A stretch of DNA of 44,694 bases from Candidatus Roizmanbacteria bacterium RIFCSPLOWO2_01_FULL_40_14 (GTDB lineage: Bacteria; Patescibacteriota; Microgenomatia; GCA-001788215; 2-01-FULL-40-14). The notes beneath the pieces are model-generated. The model saw only the letters and a program-made list of their open reading frames with translations. It made no database searches and was not told where the DNA came from. Below, in pieces: positions 18,783 to 28,553 of the stretch (position 1 is the stretch's first letter; each line of letters begins with the position of its first letter). Location: assembly GCA_001788215.1 (NCBI GenBank), contig MGAO01000032.1, positions 184 through 44,877 of the forward strand, in the 5' to 3' direction. Position numbers and translations under genes: made by a program.

Positions 18783-20030
18783 ATGATGACGAACATGATC
18801 CGTTCGATCAAAAACATCTTCCATCTGTTCAATGCCTTTGCCGCCTGTCTTTATTATGGGTTTCCGGCAAGAAAACTGCATATGATCGGCATTACGGGTA
18901 CGGACGGAAAAACGACGACCACGCATCTCATCTATGAAATTCTTTCAGAGGCAGAGAAGAACGTTTCCATGATATCGTCGGTCTATGCACGAGTCGGCGG
19001 AAAAGAATACGATACGGGATTTCATGTAACCACGCCCGATCCATGGTTTCTCCAACAAATGCTTAAAAAAGCAGTTGATCACGGCGATACTCATTTTGTT
19101 CTTGAAGTTACCTCGCATGGACTCGATCAAAATCGGGTATGGGGAATTCCTTTTGGAATCGGCGTTATTACCAATATTACACCCGAACATCTTGATTACC
19201 ATTTCACCTATGAAGAGTATGCGCGGAGTAAAATTAAGTTGCTTGAGAGATCCAAAGTTGCGATTGTGAATCGGGAAGATCGATCCTATAAATTGATTTA
19301 TGATTTACGATTTAAGATTCAAGAATTAATCACATACGGATTAAAGACTGGAGATGTTATGTTACAGACATTCAAATTCAAAACAACTCTTCCAGGGGAT
19401 TATAACAAGTATAATATCCTTGCAGCATATACGGCTACCAAGCAATTCGGTATTTCTGATGATGTCATTCGTAAAACAGTTGCAGGTTTTAAAGGAATTA
19501 AAGGGAGATACGAAGTAATAAAAACGAAATACGGATTTGGTATTATTATTGACTTTGCTCATACGTCAAATGGGCTTGAACAAGTTCTTTCAACGGTCCG
19601 GAAAAAAACTGAAGGACGTTTGATTCATGTGTTTGGATGTGCCGGTTTACGCGATTATAAAAAACGGCCTGTTATGGGAGAAATATCCGGCCGCATCGCT
19701 GACATTTCTGTTATAACAGAAGAAGATTACAGAATTGAGGATTTTTATTCTATTGTCGAGCAAATCAAGTCCGGCATGAAACGGAAACAAAATGTGCATG
19801 TGTATAAGTCTAGGCAGGAAGCCATAAATTTTGCGACATCTGGTGCAAAATGGGGAGACATCGTCATTTTAACAGGTAAAGGTCATGAAAGAAGCTTGTG
19901 CCGCGGGACCAAAGAATATCCCTGGAGTGAGCATGAAGCTGTGAAAAAAGCACTAAAGAGATTACATAAAATTAAGTCATTCCCGCGCCATGCCTACCGG
20001 CAGGCAGGAAAGCGGGAATCTATTACATGA
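18783..20030 (+). CDS. murE: UDP-MurNAc-tripeptide synthetase (lacks the canonical N-terminal domain)
   Basis: GITGTDGKTTT, HVTTPD, EVTSHGLDQNRV, TNITPEHLDYH, IDFAHT, FGCAGLRD..KRPVMG and GKGHE motifs. Confidence 0.92.
   Translation: MMTNMIRSIKNIFHLFNAFAACLYYGFPARKLHMIGITGTDGKTTTTHLIYEILSEAEKNVSMISSVYARVGGKEYDTGFHVTTPDPWFLQQMLKKAVDHGDTHFVLEVTSHGLDQNRVWGIPFGIGVITNITPEHLDYHFTYEEYARSKIKLLERSKVAIVNREDRSYKLIYDLRFKIQELITYGLKTGDVMLQTFKFKTTLPGDYNKYNILAAYTATKQFGISDDVIRKTVAGFKGIKGRYEVIKTKYGFGIIIDFAHTSNGLEQVLSTVRKKTEGRLIHVFGCAGLRDYKKRPVMGEISGRIADISVITEEDYRIEDFYSIVEQIKSGMKRKQNVHVYKSRQEAINFATSGAKWGDIVILTGKGHERSLCRGTKEYPWSEHEAVKKALKRLHKIKSFPRHAYRQAGKRESIT
19295..19329 (+). repeat. In-frame 7-nt tandem array inside murE
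   Basis: gatttat gatttac gatttaa gattcaa gaattaa. Confidence 0.75.
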
Positions 20031-20057
20031 GAGATCCCCGATCAGGTCGGGGATGAC
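19976..20057. repeat. Palindromic REP/RPE-like element with nested 21-nt hairpin insert
   Basis: gtcattcccgcg[ccatgcctaccggcaggcagg]aaagcgggaatc...gatccccgatcaggtcggggatgac. Confidence 0.85.
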
Positions 20058-20061
20058 AACT

Positions 20062-20697
20062 ATGATTCAATCAGCATTACTCTCTTCTTTTCCATCAATC
20101 AGACACGCATTTACGGTCAAAGACCATATGCTTAATGGCATACGAGATGAATTAATTATTCCAACGCAGACACACGATGATACGGTGGTTTCTGTATTCG
20201 ATACAAATTTAACAGTTGTTTCAGATGGATTACTGACCGCGATATCTGACGTTCCGATTGGTGTCGTGACTGCAGATTGTGTTCCCTTATTACTTTTTGA
20301 TCCTGACAAGCATATTGTCGGTGCGGTGCATGCGGGGTGGAAAGGTACCCTGAAACATATTGCTTATAAAGCAGTTACCTCAATGGTTGATTTGGGATCT
20401 TCTTTTCAGTCAATTAGAGCCGCCATTGGACCGGCGATTAAGTCATGCTGTTACGATATCCCGCCAGATCGTACACAATTATTTATAGAAAAATTTGGTA
20501 CAAAAAGTGTTATTAAATCTCGTGGAATAAACTATATTGACTTGCAGAAAATAAATTATCAACAGCTCTTATCCTGCGGATTGAGCGACTATCATATTGA
20601 CCTAATACCCGAATGTACTAAATGCAATGACGCGTATTACTCGTATCGAAGAGGAGATCGGGACAAAAGAATGGTCAGTTATATTTATCTCGTATGA
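20062..20697 (+). CDS. pgeF: Peptidoglycan editing factor PgeF / YfiH family
   Basis: QTH, DGLLT, TADCVPLL, HAGWKG, IGPAIKSCCY and CTKC..YYSYRR motifs. Starts further upstream fall inside the repeat. Confidence 0.9.
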   Translation: MIQSALLSSFPSIRHAFTVKDHMLNGIRDELIIPTQTHDDTVVSVFDTNLTVVSDGLLTAISDVPIGVVTADCVPLLLFDPDKHIVGAVHAGWKGTLKHIAYKAVTSMVDLGSSFQSIRAAIGPAIKSCCYDIPPDRTQLFIEKFGTKSVIKSRGINYIDLQKINYQQLLSCGLSDYHIDLIPECTKCNDAYYSYRRGDRDKRMVSYIYLV

Positions 20698-22139
20698 ATA
20701 AGCAATTTCCTTTTAAATCAGTGTACTTTGTCGGAATCAAAGGGGTCGGTATGACTCCTCTGGCTCTTATTGCAAAGGAGAGAGGATGTATCGTGTATGG
20801 CTCAGATGTTCAAGAAAAATTTGTCACCGATGAGCAATTAATACAGCATCATATTACACCGCTTATTGGATTTAAATCTTCAAATATACAAAAGTCATTA
20901 ACCGCATATAAACCGCAAGAAGTGTTAGTTGTGGTTACTGGTGCGCACAATGGTATGAAAAATCCGGAAGCGGTTCATGCAAAAAAGTTGAACTATAGGG
21001 TTTTGACACATGGTGAAGCACTCGGCTTATTCATGCAGGATAAAAAGCAAATATCTGTCGCCGGATCGCATGGTAAGACGACCACGTCGGCCATGATCGC
21101 ACACATTCTGGTAAAATCAAAAAAAGATCCATCATATGCAGTAGGAGCAGGGTCTATACTCTCTTTAAAGACGTCTGGACAGTGGGGGAACGGAGATTAT
21201 TTTGTCGCTGAAGCCGATGAGTATGTTTCCGATCCTGTTTCAAATAAAACGCCCCGCTTTCTCTATCAAAAACCGCATATTGCTGTTATTACCAATATCG
21301 ATTTTGATCATCCTGATGTATTTAAGTCAATCGATGATGTTCGGAAGGTTTTTATCTCATTTGCAAATCAAACGGACCATTCCGGTTGCGTTATTGTCAA
21401 TGGTGATGATACACAGGTTGTCCAAGCAATCCCCGAGATTACCACTAAAAAAATTACCTATGGTATATCAGAACACGTTTCTATTCGTATCGGGTCCATC
21501 AGCATTTCTGACCAGAAAAGCACTTTTGAACTCCGTATCAAAGACAAAAAACTATGCACTGTTTTACTGACCGTTCCCGGATTTCACAATATTCAAAATG
21601 CTACGGCCGCGGCGATTGCGGCTCACGAGGCAGGTATCTCATGGCGGCAGATTGCCCACACGCTCTCAACCTTTTCCGGGACAAAACGACGTTTCGAATT
21701 TATAGCAGAACAAAAAGGAATTAAACTATTTGATGACTATGCGCATCATCCCCGAGAAATTGAAGCTACCCTAAGCGCTGCAAAAACGTGGTATCCACAA
21801 TCACGAATAGTTGTTCTGTTTCAACCGCACACGTATTCCCGGACAAAAGCCTTGTTTGATGATTTTGTTACCTGTTTTTCATCAGCTTCTCTCGTGGGTA
21901 TTTGTGACATATTTGCATCGGCACGTGAGAAAGCTGACAAAAAAGTATCTTCTAAAAAACTCGTTGATGAGATAAAGAAGCAAAGCCCGCATACGTACTA
22001 TGTCAAAGATGCGAAGGATTTTTATGAAAAAATAGGCAGGAAACTCACTCAAAATGATATACTATTCACCATGGGAGCGGGGGACATCTATACGTGGCAC
22101 GGCGAGATTATAAAGCATCTGTCATTGCGAAGGAAATGA
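20694..22139 (+). CDS. murC: UDP-N-acetylmuramate--L-alanine ligase
   Basis: FVGIKGVGM, GSHGKTTT, VAEADEY, TNIDFDHPD, DDYAHHPREI, FQPHTYSRT and MGAGDI motifs. Confidence 0.96.
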   Translation: MNKQFPFKSVYFVGIKGVGMTPLALIAKERGCIVYGSDVQEKFVTDEQLIQHHITPLIGFKSSNIQKSLTAYKPQEVLVVVTGAHNGMKNPEAVHAKKLNYRVLTHGEALGLFMQDKKQISVAGSHGKTTTSAMIAHILVKSKKDPSYAVGAGSILSLKTSGQWGNGDYFVAEADEYVSDPVSNKTPRFLYQKPHIAVITNIDFDHPDVFKSIDDVRKVFISFANQTDHSGCVIVNGDDTQVVQAIPEITTKKITYGISEHVSIRIGSISISDQKSTFELRIKDKKLCTVLLTVPGFHNIQNATAAAIAAHEAGISWRQIAHTLSTFSGTKRRFEFIAEQKGIKLFDDYAHHPREIEATLSAAKTWYPQSRIVVLFQPHTYSRTKALFDDFVTCFSSASLVGICDIFASAREKADKKVSSKKLVDEIKKQSPHTYYVKDAKDFYEKIGRKLTQNDILFTMGAGDIYTWHGEIIKHLSLRRK

Positions 22140-22192
22140 AGCAATCCCATTTATGGTTAAGATTGCTTCGTCATTATATTCCTCGCAATGAC
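22121..22192. repeat. Palindromic REP/RPE-like element, family A copy 1
   Basis: gtcattgcga..gaagcaatc..gattgcttcg..tcgcaatgac nested inverted repeats; contains the murC stop. Confidence 0.88.
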
Positions 22193-22199
22193 AATAATA

Positions 22200-23150
22200 A
22201 TGAACATTCTTGAACAAATTCCTCTTTTGCAGTTTACTAATTGGCGGATCGGTGGTCCCGCCGATTATTTTGTTGAGGTAGATTCTCTTCATGACTTACA
22301 GGAGGCGCTTCGATTTGCATCTGACAAAAAAATTCCCTATGTTGTCCTCGGCGGCGGTACAAATGTTCTCGTAGGCGATAAAGGATTTCGCGGACTGGTC
22401 ATTAAAAATAAAATGAACACTATTAGTATTATTGCTTATAAAGGCAGGCTATCCAATTCATCTGAAGAGGATCGTAAAAACGTGTACGTTAAAGCAGACA
22501 CCGGCGTCCTGGTAAATCGCCTCGTTCGCTATACGCTTGATCAGGGCCTTTCAGGACTTGAAAATTTTCTAGGCCAACCGGGGACCGTGGGCGGTGCTAT
22601 ATACATAAACGCTCACAATATGAGCCAAAACGATTTTTTTGGCAGTCATGTAGTTGAGGCTGATATTATTTCAGATAATAAAGTTACTACCGTTCCCCAA
22701 TCATATTTTGAATTTGGATATGATGTAAGCACTCTGCAAAAAACAAAACAATTAGTCGTGTCCGTTGTGGTAGGCTTTGAGCAGCGTCTCGATGAAAAAG
22801 AGCAAATTTGGAAGAAAGCAGAAGCGGCCATGCAGCACCGTCATGCTACGCAGCCAAAAGGGTTTCCGACTGCCGGATGCACCTTTCGCAATATTTCAGC
22901 TGAAGATGCAAAGCGGGCAAAAATCCCCAACAATATTCAATCCGCCGGATTTCTCATCGACGCCTGTGGATTAAAAGGAAAACAAATCGGAAACGCAAAA
23001 TTTTCAGATGAGCATGCAAACTTTATTTTGAATATGGGTGGCGCTACGGCACAAGACGTTAAGCAGCTTATTGATTTGGCAAAAACAAACGTAAAGGAAA
23101 AGTTTGGGATCAATTTACACGAAGAAGTTGTACTAATAGGAGAATTTTGA
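22200..23150 (+). CDS. murB: UDP-N-acetylenolpyruvoylglucosamine reductase
   Basis: WRIGGPAD, LGGGTNVL, PGTVGGAIYINA, AGCTFRN, SAGFLID..GLKG and HANFILN motifs. Alternative ATG at 22188 lies inside the repeat. Confidence 0.95.
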   Translation: MNILEQIPLLQFTNWRIGGPADYFVEVDSLHDLQEALRFASDKKIPYVVLGGGTNVLVGDKGFRGLVIKNKMNTISIIAYKGRLSNSSEEDRKNVYVKADTGVLVNRLVRYTLDQGLSGLENFLGQPGTVGGAIYINAHNMSQNDFFGSHVVEADIISDNKVTTVPQSYFEFGYDVSTLQKTKQLVVSVVVGFEQRLDEKEQIWKKAEAAMQHRHATQPKGFPTAGCTFRNISAEDAKRAKIPNNIQSAGFLIDACGLKGKQIGNAKFSDEHANFILNMGGATAQDVKQLIDLAKTNVKEKFGINLHEEVVLIGEF

Positions 23151-23156
23151 TTAACT

Positions 23157-23228
23157 GTCATTGCGAACGAAGTGAAGCAATCTTATACTGAAGGGGATTG
23201 CTTCGTCATTATCATTCCTCGCAATGAC
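23157..23228. repeat. Palindromic REP/RPE-like element, family A copy 2
   Basis: gtcattgcgaacgaagtgaagcaatc...gattgcttcgtcattatcattcctcgcaatgac, closely similar to the copy at 22121. Confidence 0.9.
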
Positions 23229-23236
23229 GTCAACAT

Positions 23237-24505
23237 ATGTCTAAATTTATTATTAACGGCGGAAAGAAATTATCAGGTACTATTGCGGTGGCCGGTAACA
23301 AAAATGCGGTATTGCCCATCATGGCGGCAACATTATTAGTAAAAGGCGAAACCCGATTGACCAATGTCCCTCGTATTCACGACGTATCCGCAATGGCGGA
23401 TATTCTCAAAGATTTAGGCGCACAAATAGACGGTGTTGGTTCAAATTCATTGACCATACGGACGGACGGAGTTAATTCCTACCACGTAAATCCCGAATTA
23501 GCAAAAAAATTACGTGCTTCCGTACTTCTACTCGGTCCTCTCTATGCCCGATTTGGGGCAGTTGATTTACCTCATCCGGGTGGCGACATAATTGGCCAAA
23601 GAACAATCGACACACACTTACGAGCTCTGGAAATGCTTGGTGCGACCATTGTACAAGCCCCATCCCAATATCATGTTGAACGGTCAGAGAGAAAAATAGA
23701 TCATGAAATCAATCTGTTTCTCGATGAGCCTTCGGTGACCGGAACGGAGAATATTATTATGGCAATAGCGTTAAGTAGTTTAAACGTGCACATTGAAAAT
23801 GCAGCTTGTGAACCGCATATTGTCGACCTCGCACATTTTCTCAATGCGTGCGGCGCTTCAATAGATGAAATGGGTACCAATAAAATTTCTGTTTCAGGAA
23901 AAGCACAGTTAGCCGGCACGACGTATAAAATTCAGCCAGATTATATTGAGGCAGGTACCTTTGCCGTGCTTTCGGCAGTAATGGACGGAGCTGTTGAGAT
24001 TGAAGGAGTTCACGAATCAGATATTCAACAACCTTTACACATTCTTAAACAATTCGGAGTCTCGTATCGTTTTGCTGGAAATTCCTTAACTGTTTCTGTT
24101 GAAAAACTGACGGCATCGAAGAAACGTATTCAGTCTGCGCCGCATCCGGGATTTCCGACTGACTTAATGAGCCCGTTTATTGTTCTGGGAACACAAGCTC
24201 AGGGAGAAACGTTATTTCACGACCCCTTGTACGAGTCACGCATGTTTTTTGTGGATAAACTGATTCGAATGGGAGCACAGATTACCATTTGTGATCCGCA
24301 TCGCGTCATTATTTATGGGCCTACAAAACTACAAGGCTCTTACCAGGCTTCGCCCGATATTCGTGCTGGTATTGCTCTTGTTATAGCAGCACTGATTGCA
24401 AAAGATAAAAGTATTATCGACCACGCTGAGATTATTGAGCGGGGATACGAGCAACTGGCAGAACGGTTGTCCGTGTTAGGGGCGGATATTCGAAAAGATG
24501 GATAA
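23237..24505 (+). CDS. murA: UDP-N-acetylglucosamine 1-carboxyvinyltransferase
   Basis: GNKNAVLPI, LRASVLLLGPL, PGGDIIGQR, PHPGFPTD, DIRAG and IERGYE motifs. Confidence 0.96.
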   Translation: MSKFIINGGKKLSGTIAVAGNKNAVLPIMAATLLVKGETRLTNVPRIHDVSAMADILKDLGAQIDGVGSNSLTIRTDGVNSYHVNPELAKKLRASVLLLGPLYARFGAVDLPHPGGDIIGQRTIDTHLRALEMLGATIVQAPSQYHVERSERKIDHEINLFLDEPSVTGTENIIMAIALSSLNVHIENAACEPHIVDLAHFLNACGASIDEMGTNKISVSGKAQLAGTTYKIQPDYIEAGTFAVLSAVMDGAVEIEGVHESDIQQPLHILKQFGVSYRFAGNSLTVSVEKLTASKKRIQSAPHPGFPTDLMSPFIVLGTQAQGETLFHDPLYESRMFFVDKLIRMGAQITICDPHRVIIYGPTKLQGSYQASPDIRAGIALVIAALIAKDKSIIDHAEIIERGYEQLAERLSVLGADIRKDG

Positions 24506-25229
24506 GGTAAGTGCAATCATTTTAGCGGCAGGAAAAGGGACGCGTATGCGTTCAACTGAAGATAGTAATAAAGCGATGCTACATCTGGATGGAAAACCCA
24601 TGGTTTCTTACACCGTTGAAAACATGCGCCGCTCAGGAATATCAAACATTGTTATGGTCGTTGGGTACGCAAAAGAAAGTATCATGGATTATTTTAAAAA
24701 CACCGTGCAGTACGTCGTACAAGAAGAGCAACTCGGTACGGCTCATGCTCTTTCCTGTGGACTAAAACTTGTTCCGTCTGATCATCAAACGATTATTTCA
24801 GTCTATGGTGATGATTCTTACACGTATCCTGCCGTACTGTATCAAAAAATGATTGACATACACCATAGTACGAGTGCCGATGTGACGCTGTTAACTGTTT
24901 ATCTGGATGACCCGTCTGGTTTAGGAAGAATTGTTCGAGACAGCACAGAACATGTTATCGATATTGTTGAGGAAAAGGATGCCTCTGTCGAGCAAAAGAG
25001 AATTCATGAAGTGAATACCGGCTGTTATGTATTTAATCGTTCATTTCTTGATACGTGTTTACCTCAGATAAAAAATGAAAACGCGGCTCATGAGTATTAT
25101 GTAACTGATATAATCAGACTGGCAGTAAAAAATGGGAATACAATTGCTGATGTACGCGAAACAAATTTGAGATGGCGCGGGGTAAACAGTCCGGAAGAAT
25201 TGGAAGAAGCACGAAAAATAATCACTTAA
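24498..25229 (+). CDS. glmU: GlmU N-terminal uridylyltransferase domain (stand-alone)
   Basis: ILAAGKGTRM, QEEQLGTAHA, YGD, GRIVRD..IVEEKDA, EVNTGCY, EYYVTD and GVNS motifs. Confidence 0.85.
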   Translation: MDKVSAIILAAGKGTRMRSTEDSNKAMLHLDGKPMVSYTVENMRRSGISNIVMVVGYAKESIMDYFKNTVQYVVQEEQLGTAHALSCGLKLVPSDHQTIISVYGDDSYTYPAVLYQKMIDIHHSTSADVTLLTVYLDDPSGLGRIVRDSTEHVIDIVEEKDASVEQKRIHEVNTGCYVFNRSFLDTCLPQIKNENAAHEYYVTDIIRLAVKNGNTIADVRETNLRWRGVNSPEELEEARKIIT

Positions 25230-25231
25230 AT

Positions 25232-25801
25232 ATGAATTTCAAACCGCTATCATATTTTGACCTGTCAACATTTCCATTCGCCGATATTTTTGACGGCGTT
25301 GAAAACGTGTGGGACGTTATTCCAAAGATTAAAGAATATACAGACGGAAAAATTATTCAGGGGAAAAACTGTTATATCCATCCTCATACGAATATTCGTG
25401 AGAACGTTATTCTGGGCGACAATGTCAACATTGGCTTTTCTGTTGAACTTAAGAACTGTATTATTATGAACAATACCCATATTGCCCATATTAATTATGT
25501 TGGAGATGCCATTGTCGGAAAGGACTGTAATATTAGCGGCGGGGCAATGTTTGCAAACTTTAGACTTGATAATAAACCGGTACTCGTAAAAGCGGGAGAA
25601 GAGAAGATTGATACTGGTATGTTAAAATTTAGCGCAATTGTGGGGGATGGAACATGGGTCGGAGTAAATAGCGTACTTAATCCCGGAACGATTATTGGTA
25701 AACATTCTGCGGTATATCCTCTGGTTTCGGTCACTGGCACGCATCCGGAAAAGTCAATTATTCGACAGAGAATCAGAATTCAAATAGCAAAGAAAAAATG
25801 A
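25232..25801 (+). CDS. LbH acetyltransferase, GlmU C-terminal-like (stand-alone)
   Basis: VELKNCII, HINYVGDAIVG, ANFRLD and GVNSVLNPGT motifs. Confidence 0.8.
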   Translation: MNFKPLSYFDLSTFPFADIFDGVENVWDVIPKIKEYTDGKIIQGKNCYIHPHTNIRENVILGDNVNIGFSVELKNCIIMNNTHIAHINYVGDAIVGKDCNISGGAMFANFRLDNKPVLVKAGEEKIDTGMLKFSAIVGDGTWVGVNSVLNPGTIIGKHSAVYPLVSVTGTHPEKSIIRQRIRIQIAKKK

Positions 25802-25817
25802 GTATAGCCATAGCAAT

Positions 25818-26546
25818 CTACAACAGCCTCCACACCGTATCAAAGATCATTTTTTGTGTGCGGGCGATTGACTCTTCATGAATAACCACGCCGTACGGAT
25901 AGTCTTCGTTCGTTACTGAAATGAGTGCATATTTAGGCGGATAAATGATGATATAACTCGTTGAATTAACAGTTGTGCCAGCACTCAGCCATTTCCGCTC
26001 GGCCATTTCGGTGTCTTCGCCGCCTTTTCCAATCGCAATGACTTGAACGGTTATTCCCCGCTTAATGCGCTGTTTCGTAAAGTCGGGAAAATTCCGGTAA
26101 AGATATTTTCTAACCGACTTTGACGAGTACACACAGTAATTTTTTTTGACTGAATGCAAAACGTCATGGAGTATTTCTTCAACACCTTCATCGCCTTCAT
26201 AGTAGCGTACGTCAGCAATTTCATTGTTTGATTTTGTTCTCAGAAGCCGCGGGACAATATCTGATTTTAGTCTTTCGATAGCGGATGTGAGTAACTGCTG
26301 TTTTTTCTCGGCGCTTCTGATGAGCTGGTAAGGATTTCGTGCGGCAAAATACTTTCGTTTCCCTTGTGGTGCGTAAGTGACCAGCCCTTTTTTGACCAAC
26401 ACTTTTAATGTTTCATAAGTAGTTCCCCGATTAATTTCCACATCAGTGGCAATGGTGCGAATGGAAGCGGGTCCGAGTTTTAGTAGTGACTGATAGATTG
26501 CTGATTCGTTTTCTGTAATCCCGATGGATGTAAGCAATTCCTGCAT
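25818..26546 (-). CDS. TrmB-family transcriptional regulator
   Basis: LTSIGITENESAIYQSLLKLG..IATDVEINRGTTYETLKVLVKKGLV wHTH and VRYYEGDEGV; likely start ATG 26546. Confidence 0.88.
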   Translation of the reverse strand: MQELLTSIGITENESAIYQSLLKLGPASIRTIATDVEINRGTTYETLKVLVKKGLVTYAPQGKRKYFAARNPYQLIRSAEKKQQLLTSAIERLKSDIVPRLLRTKSNNEIADVRYYEGDEGVEEILHDVLHSVKKNYCVYSSKSVRKYLYRNFPDFTKQRIKRGITVQVIAIGKGGEDTEMAERKWLSAGTTVNSTSYIIIYPPKYALISVTNEDYPYGVVIHEESIARTQKMIFDTVWRLL

Positions 26547-26551
26547 AATGT

Positions 26552-26630
26552 TGTCAATGATTTGTTGACAAATCATATTGACAGTTGAGTTTAGTTGTAT
26601 TATGGTAGTCAAATCCTGCTGAATTGTCAA
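26552..26630. promoter_or_regulatory. Overlapping divergent promoters and putative operators (TrmB-like gene / glmS)
   Basis: + strand TTGACA (26578-83)-N17-TATGGT; - strand TTGACA (26630-25)-N17-TACCAT; inverted repeat TGTCAA-N7-TTGACA at 26552-70. Confidence 0.6.
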
Positions 26631-26648
26631 GCGGGAAATGACGAAACT

Positions 26649-28433
26649 ATGTGTGGCATATTCGGATATATCGGAAAGAAAGAAAATGCGGCAGAGATTA
26701 TTCTTGAAGGATTGAAAAGGCTGGAATATCGCGGGTATGATAGCTGGGGAGTAGCCGTTGTACCAACGGAAGATCCAAATAAAAACAATAAAATCGTTGT
26801 AAAAAAACGAATAGGTAAAATCGGTGATGCAAACGTTGACGAATTACCCACAGCAACAATAGGGTTCGGCCATACGAGGTGGGCTACCCACGGAGGCGTC
26901 ACTCAGAAAAATGCGCATCCTCACCTAGATTGTACAAAAACCATTGCCCTTATTCATAACGGCATTATTGAAAACTACGACTCCTTAAAAAAAGATCTGG
27001 TCAGCACATCTCATCGTTTTATATCAGAAACAGACAGTGAAGTCGCCGTTCATTTAATCGAAGAATACCTCAAAAAAGAAGCGTTTGAGAAATCGGTACA
27101 AAAAGCATTTCTTGAATTTCACGGATTAAATGCGCTTATTGCCCTGCATGCGAGAGAGAAAAAACTGATTGCCGTCAGAAATGGTTCACCTCTTGTGGTT
27201 GGATTCGGAAACGGTGAGAACTATATCGCCAGCGATGCGGCGGCGCTTCTTCCCCATACGAAAGACGTTTATTTTCTTGAAGACAACGATATGGTTGTTG
27301 TTTCAGATACCGATGTTGAACTCTATAACGTGGTTACGGGAAAGAAGAAACGAATTACAAAACAAAAACTGGCGTGGGACGTTTCTTCTTCAGAGTTGGG
27401 TGCCTATCCCCACTTTATGCTCAAAGAAATACATGAGCAGCCGGGATTAATTGTCGACATTTCGATCAGTGGAATTTCTTCAGCTAAAAAGCTTGCAGGC
27501 ATTATCAAAAAAGCATACGGCACGTATTTTGTCGGATGCGGTACAGCGGCGTATGCCTGCATTGCGGCATCGTACTTGTTTTCAAAAATTGCGAAACATC
27601 ACATCAATTGGGCAGTCGGGAGTGAGTTTTCCTATCATCTTGATTTTTTGACCAATAAAAGTCTCGTGGTTGCGCTTTCACAATCAGGTGAAACCATGGA
27701 CATTTTAGAAAGTATAAAGGCCGCAAAACAAAGGGGTGCTCGTATTGCCTCTCTGGTTAATGTTCTCGGATCTACGTTATACCGTGAATCAGATTATCCA
27801 TTTCTTATTGGTGCCGGTCCGGAAAAGGGTGTTGCCTCAACAAAAGCGTTTATCGCGAAACTAAGTCATCTCATTCTCACCGCATACGCACTCAAGGGTG
27901 CTGTATCAAAAGGCTCATTGCTTCTCAAAAAAACGAGTAAGGCGGGCAAACAAATTGTCACCAATGAATATGTTTTAAAATTAAAAAAACTTGTCCAAAG
28001 GATAAAAAATGCTTCTGATATATATGTTATCGGTCGGGGTATTTCATATCCAGCAAGTCTTGAAGCGGCTCTGAAAATAAAAGAAATTTCATATATTCAT
28101 GCTGAAGGACTCGCAGCCGGTGAATTAAAACATGGACCGCTTGCACTTGTTGAAAAGGGAACACCGTGTATTGTATATGCTCCTCTGGATGAAACGTTTG
28201 GTGCAAATTTAGCCGGTGCTATGGAAATGAGAGCGCGCGGCGGGTATATCATTGGCATCTCACCGAAACCGCATGAAGTATTTGATTATTATTTGCCGAT
28301 TGAAGATGTCGGGGAGGCAAGTATCATTCCGGGTGTTATGGTTGCACAGCTTTTGGCGTATTATCTAACCATTGAAAAAGGATATGATCCGGATAAACCG
28401 CGCAATTTGGCAAAAAGTGTGACGGTAAAGTAA
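26649..28433 (+). CDS. glmS: Glutamine--fructose-6-phosphate aminotransferase
   Basis: MCGIFG start, LEYRGYDS, GHTRWATHG, SQSGET, ELKHGPLAL and PRNLAKSVTV motifs. Confidence 0.97.
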   Translation: MCGIFGYIGKKENAAEIILEGLKRLEYRGYDSWGVAVVPTEDPNKNNKIVVKKRIGKIGDANVDELPTATIGFGHTRWATHGGVTQKNAHPHLDCTKTIALIHNGIIENYDSLKKDLVSTSHRFISETDSEVAVHLIEEYLKKEAFEKSVQKAFLEFHGLNALIALHAREKKLIAVRNGSPLVVGFGNGENYIASDAAALLPHTKDVYFLEDNDMVVVSDTDVELYNVVTGKKKRITKQKLAWDVSSSELGAYPHFMLKEIHEQPGLIVDISISGISSAKKLAGIIKKAYGTYFVGCGTAAYACIAASYLFSKIAKHHINWAVGSEFSYHLDFLTNKSLVVALSQSGETMDILESIKAAKQRGARIASLVNVLGSTLYRESDYPFLIGAGPEKGVASTKAFIAKLSHLILTAYALKGAVSKGSLLLKKTSKAGKQIVTNEYVLKLKKLVQRIKNASDIYVIGRGISYPASLEAALKIKEISYIHAEGLAAGELKHGPLALVEKGTPCIVYAPLDETFGANLAGAMEMRARGGYIIGISPKPHEVFDYYLPIEDVGEASIIPGVMVAQLLAYYLTIEKGYDPDKPRNLAKSVTVK

Positions 28434-28484
28434 ACAAGAGAAACATCCTATAAAATTATTCAGTATTCGATTCATGATGGTATC

Positions 28485-28524
28485 TTGACTTATCAGTATC
28501 TGATAAGTATAGTAAATGTATAAT
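28485..28524 (+). promoter_or_regulatory. Promoter with an inverted repeat in its spacer
   Basis: TTGACT (28485-90)-N17-TATAGT (28508-13); acttatcag-tat-ctgataagt at 28488-28508; a second TATAAT at 28519-24. Confidence 0.6.
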
Positions 28525-28551
28525 AGTTCAATGGTTCAAACCATTAGACTA
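28523..28551. repeat. 29-bp imperfect palindrome, copy 1
   Basis: ATAGTTCAATGGTTCAAACCATTAGACTA; 26/29 identical to 28993-29021. Confidence 0.9.
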
Positions 28552-28553
28552 AT

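Noticed and set aside
22121..23228. Intrinsic terminators or tRNAs at the intergenic hairpins
   Set aside because: No U-tract or cloverleaf; they are members of a repeat family.
26547..26648. glmS ribozyme
   Set aside because: Only about 100 bp of intergenic sequence, mostly promoter elements; no room or recognisable core.
26547..26648. Long starts for the TrmB-like gene (26630) and glmS (26595)
   Set aside because: GlmS needs Cys at position 2 (ATG 26649), and the TrmB HTH begins at 26546.
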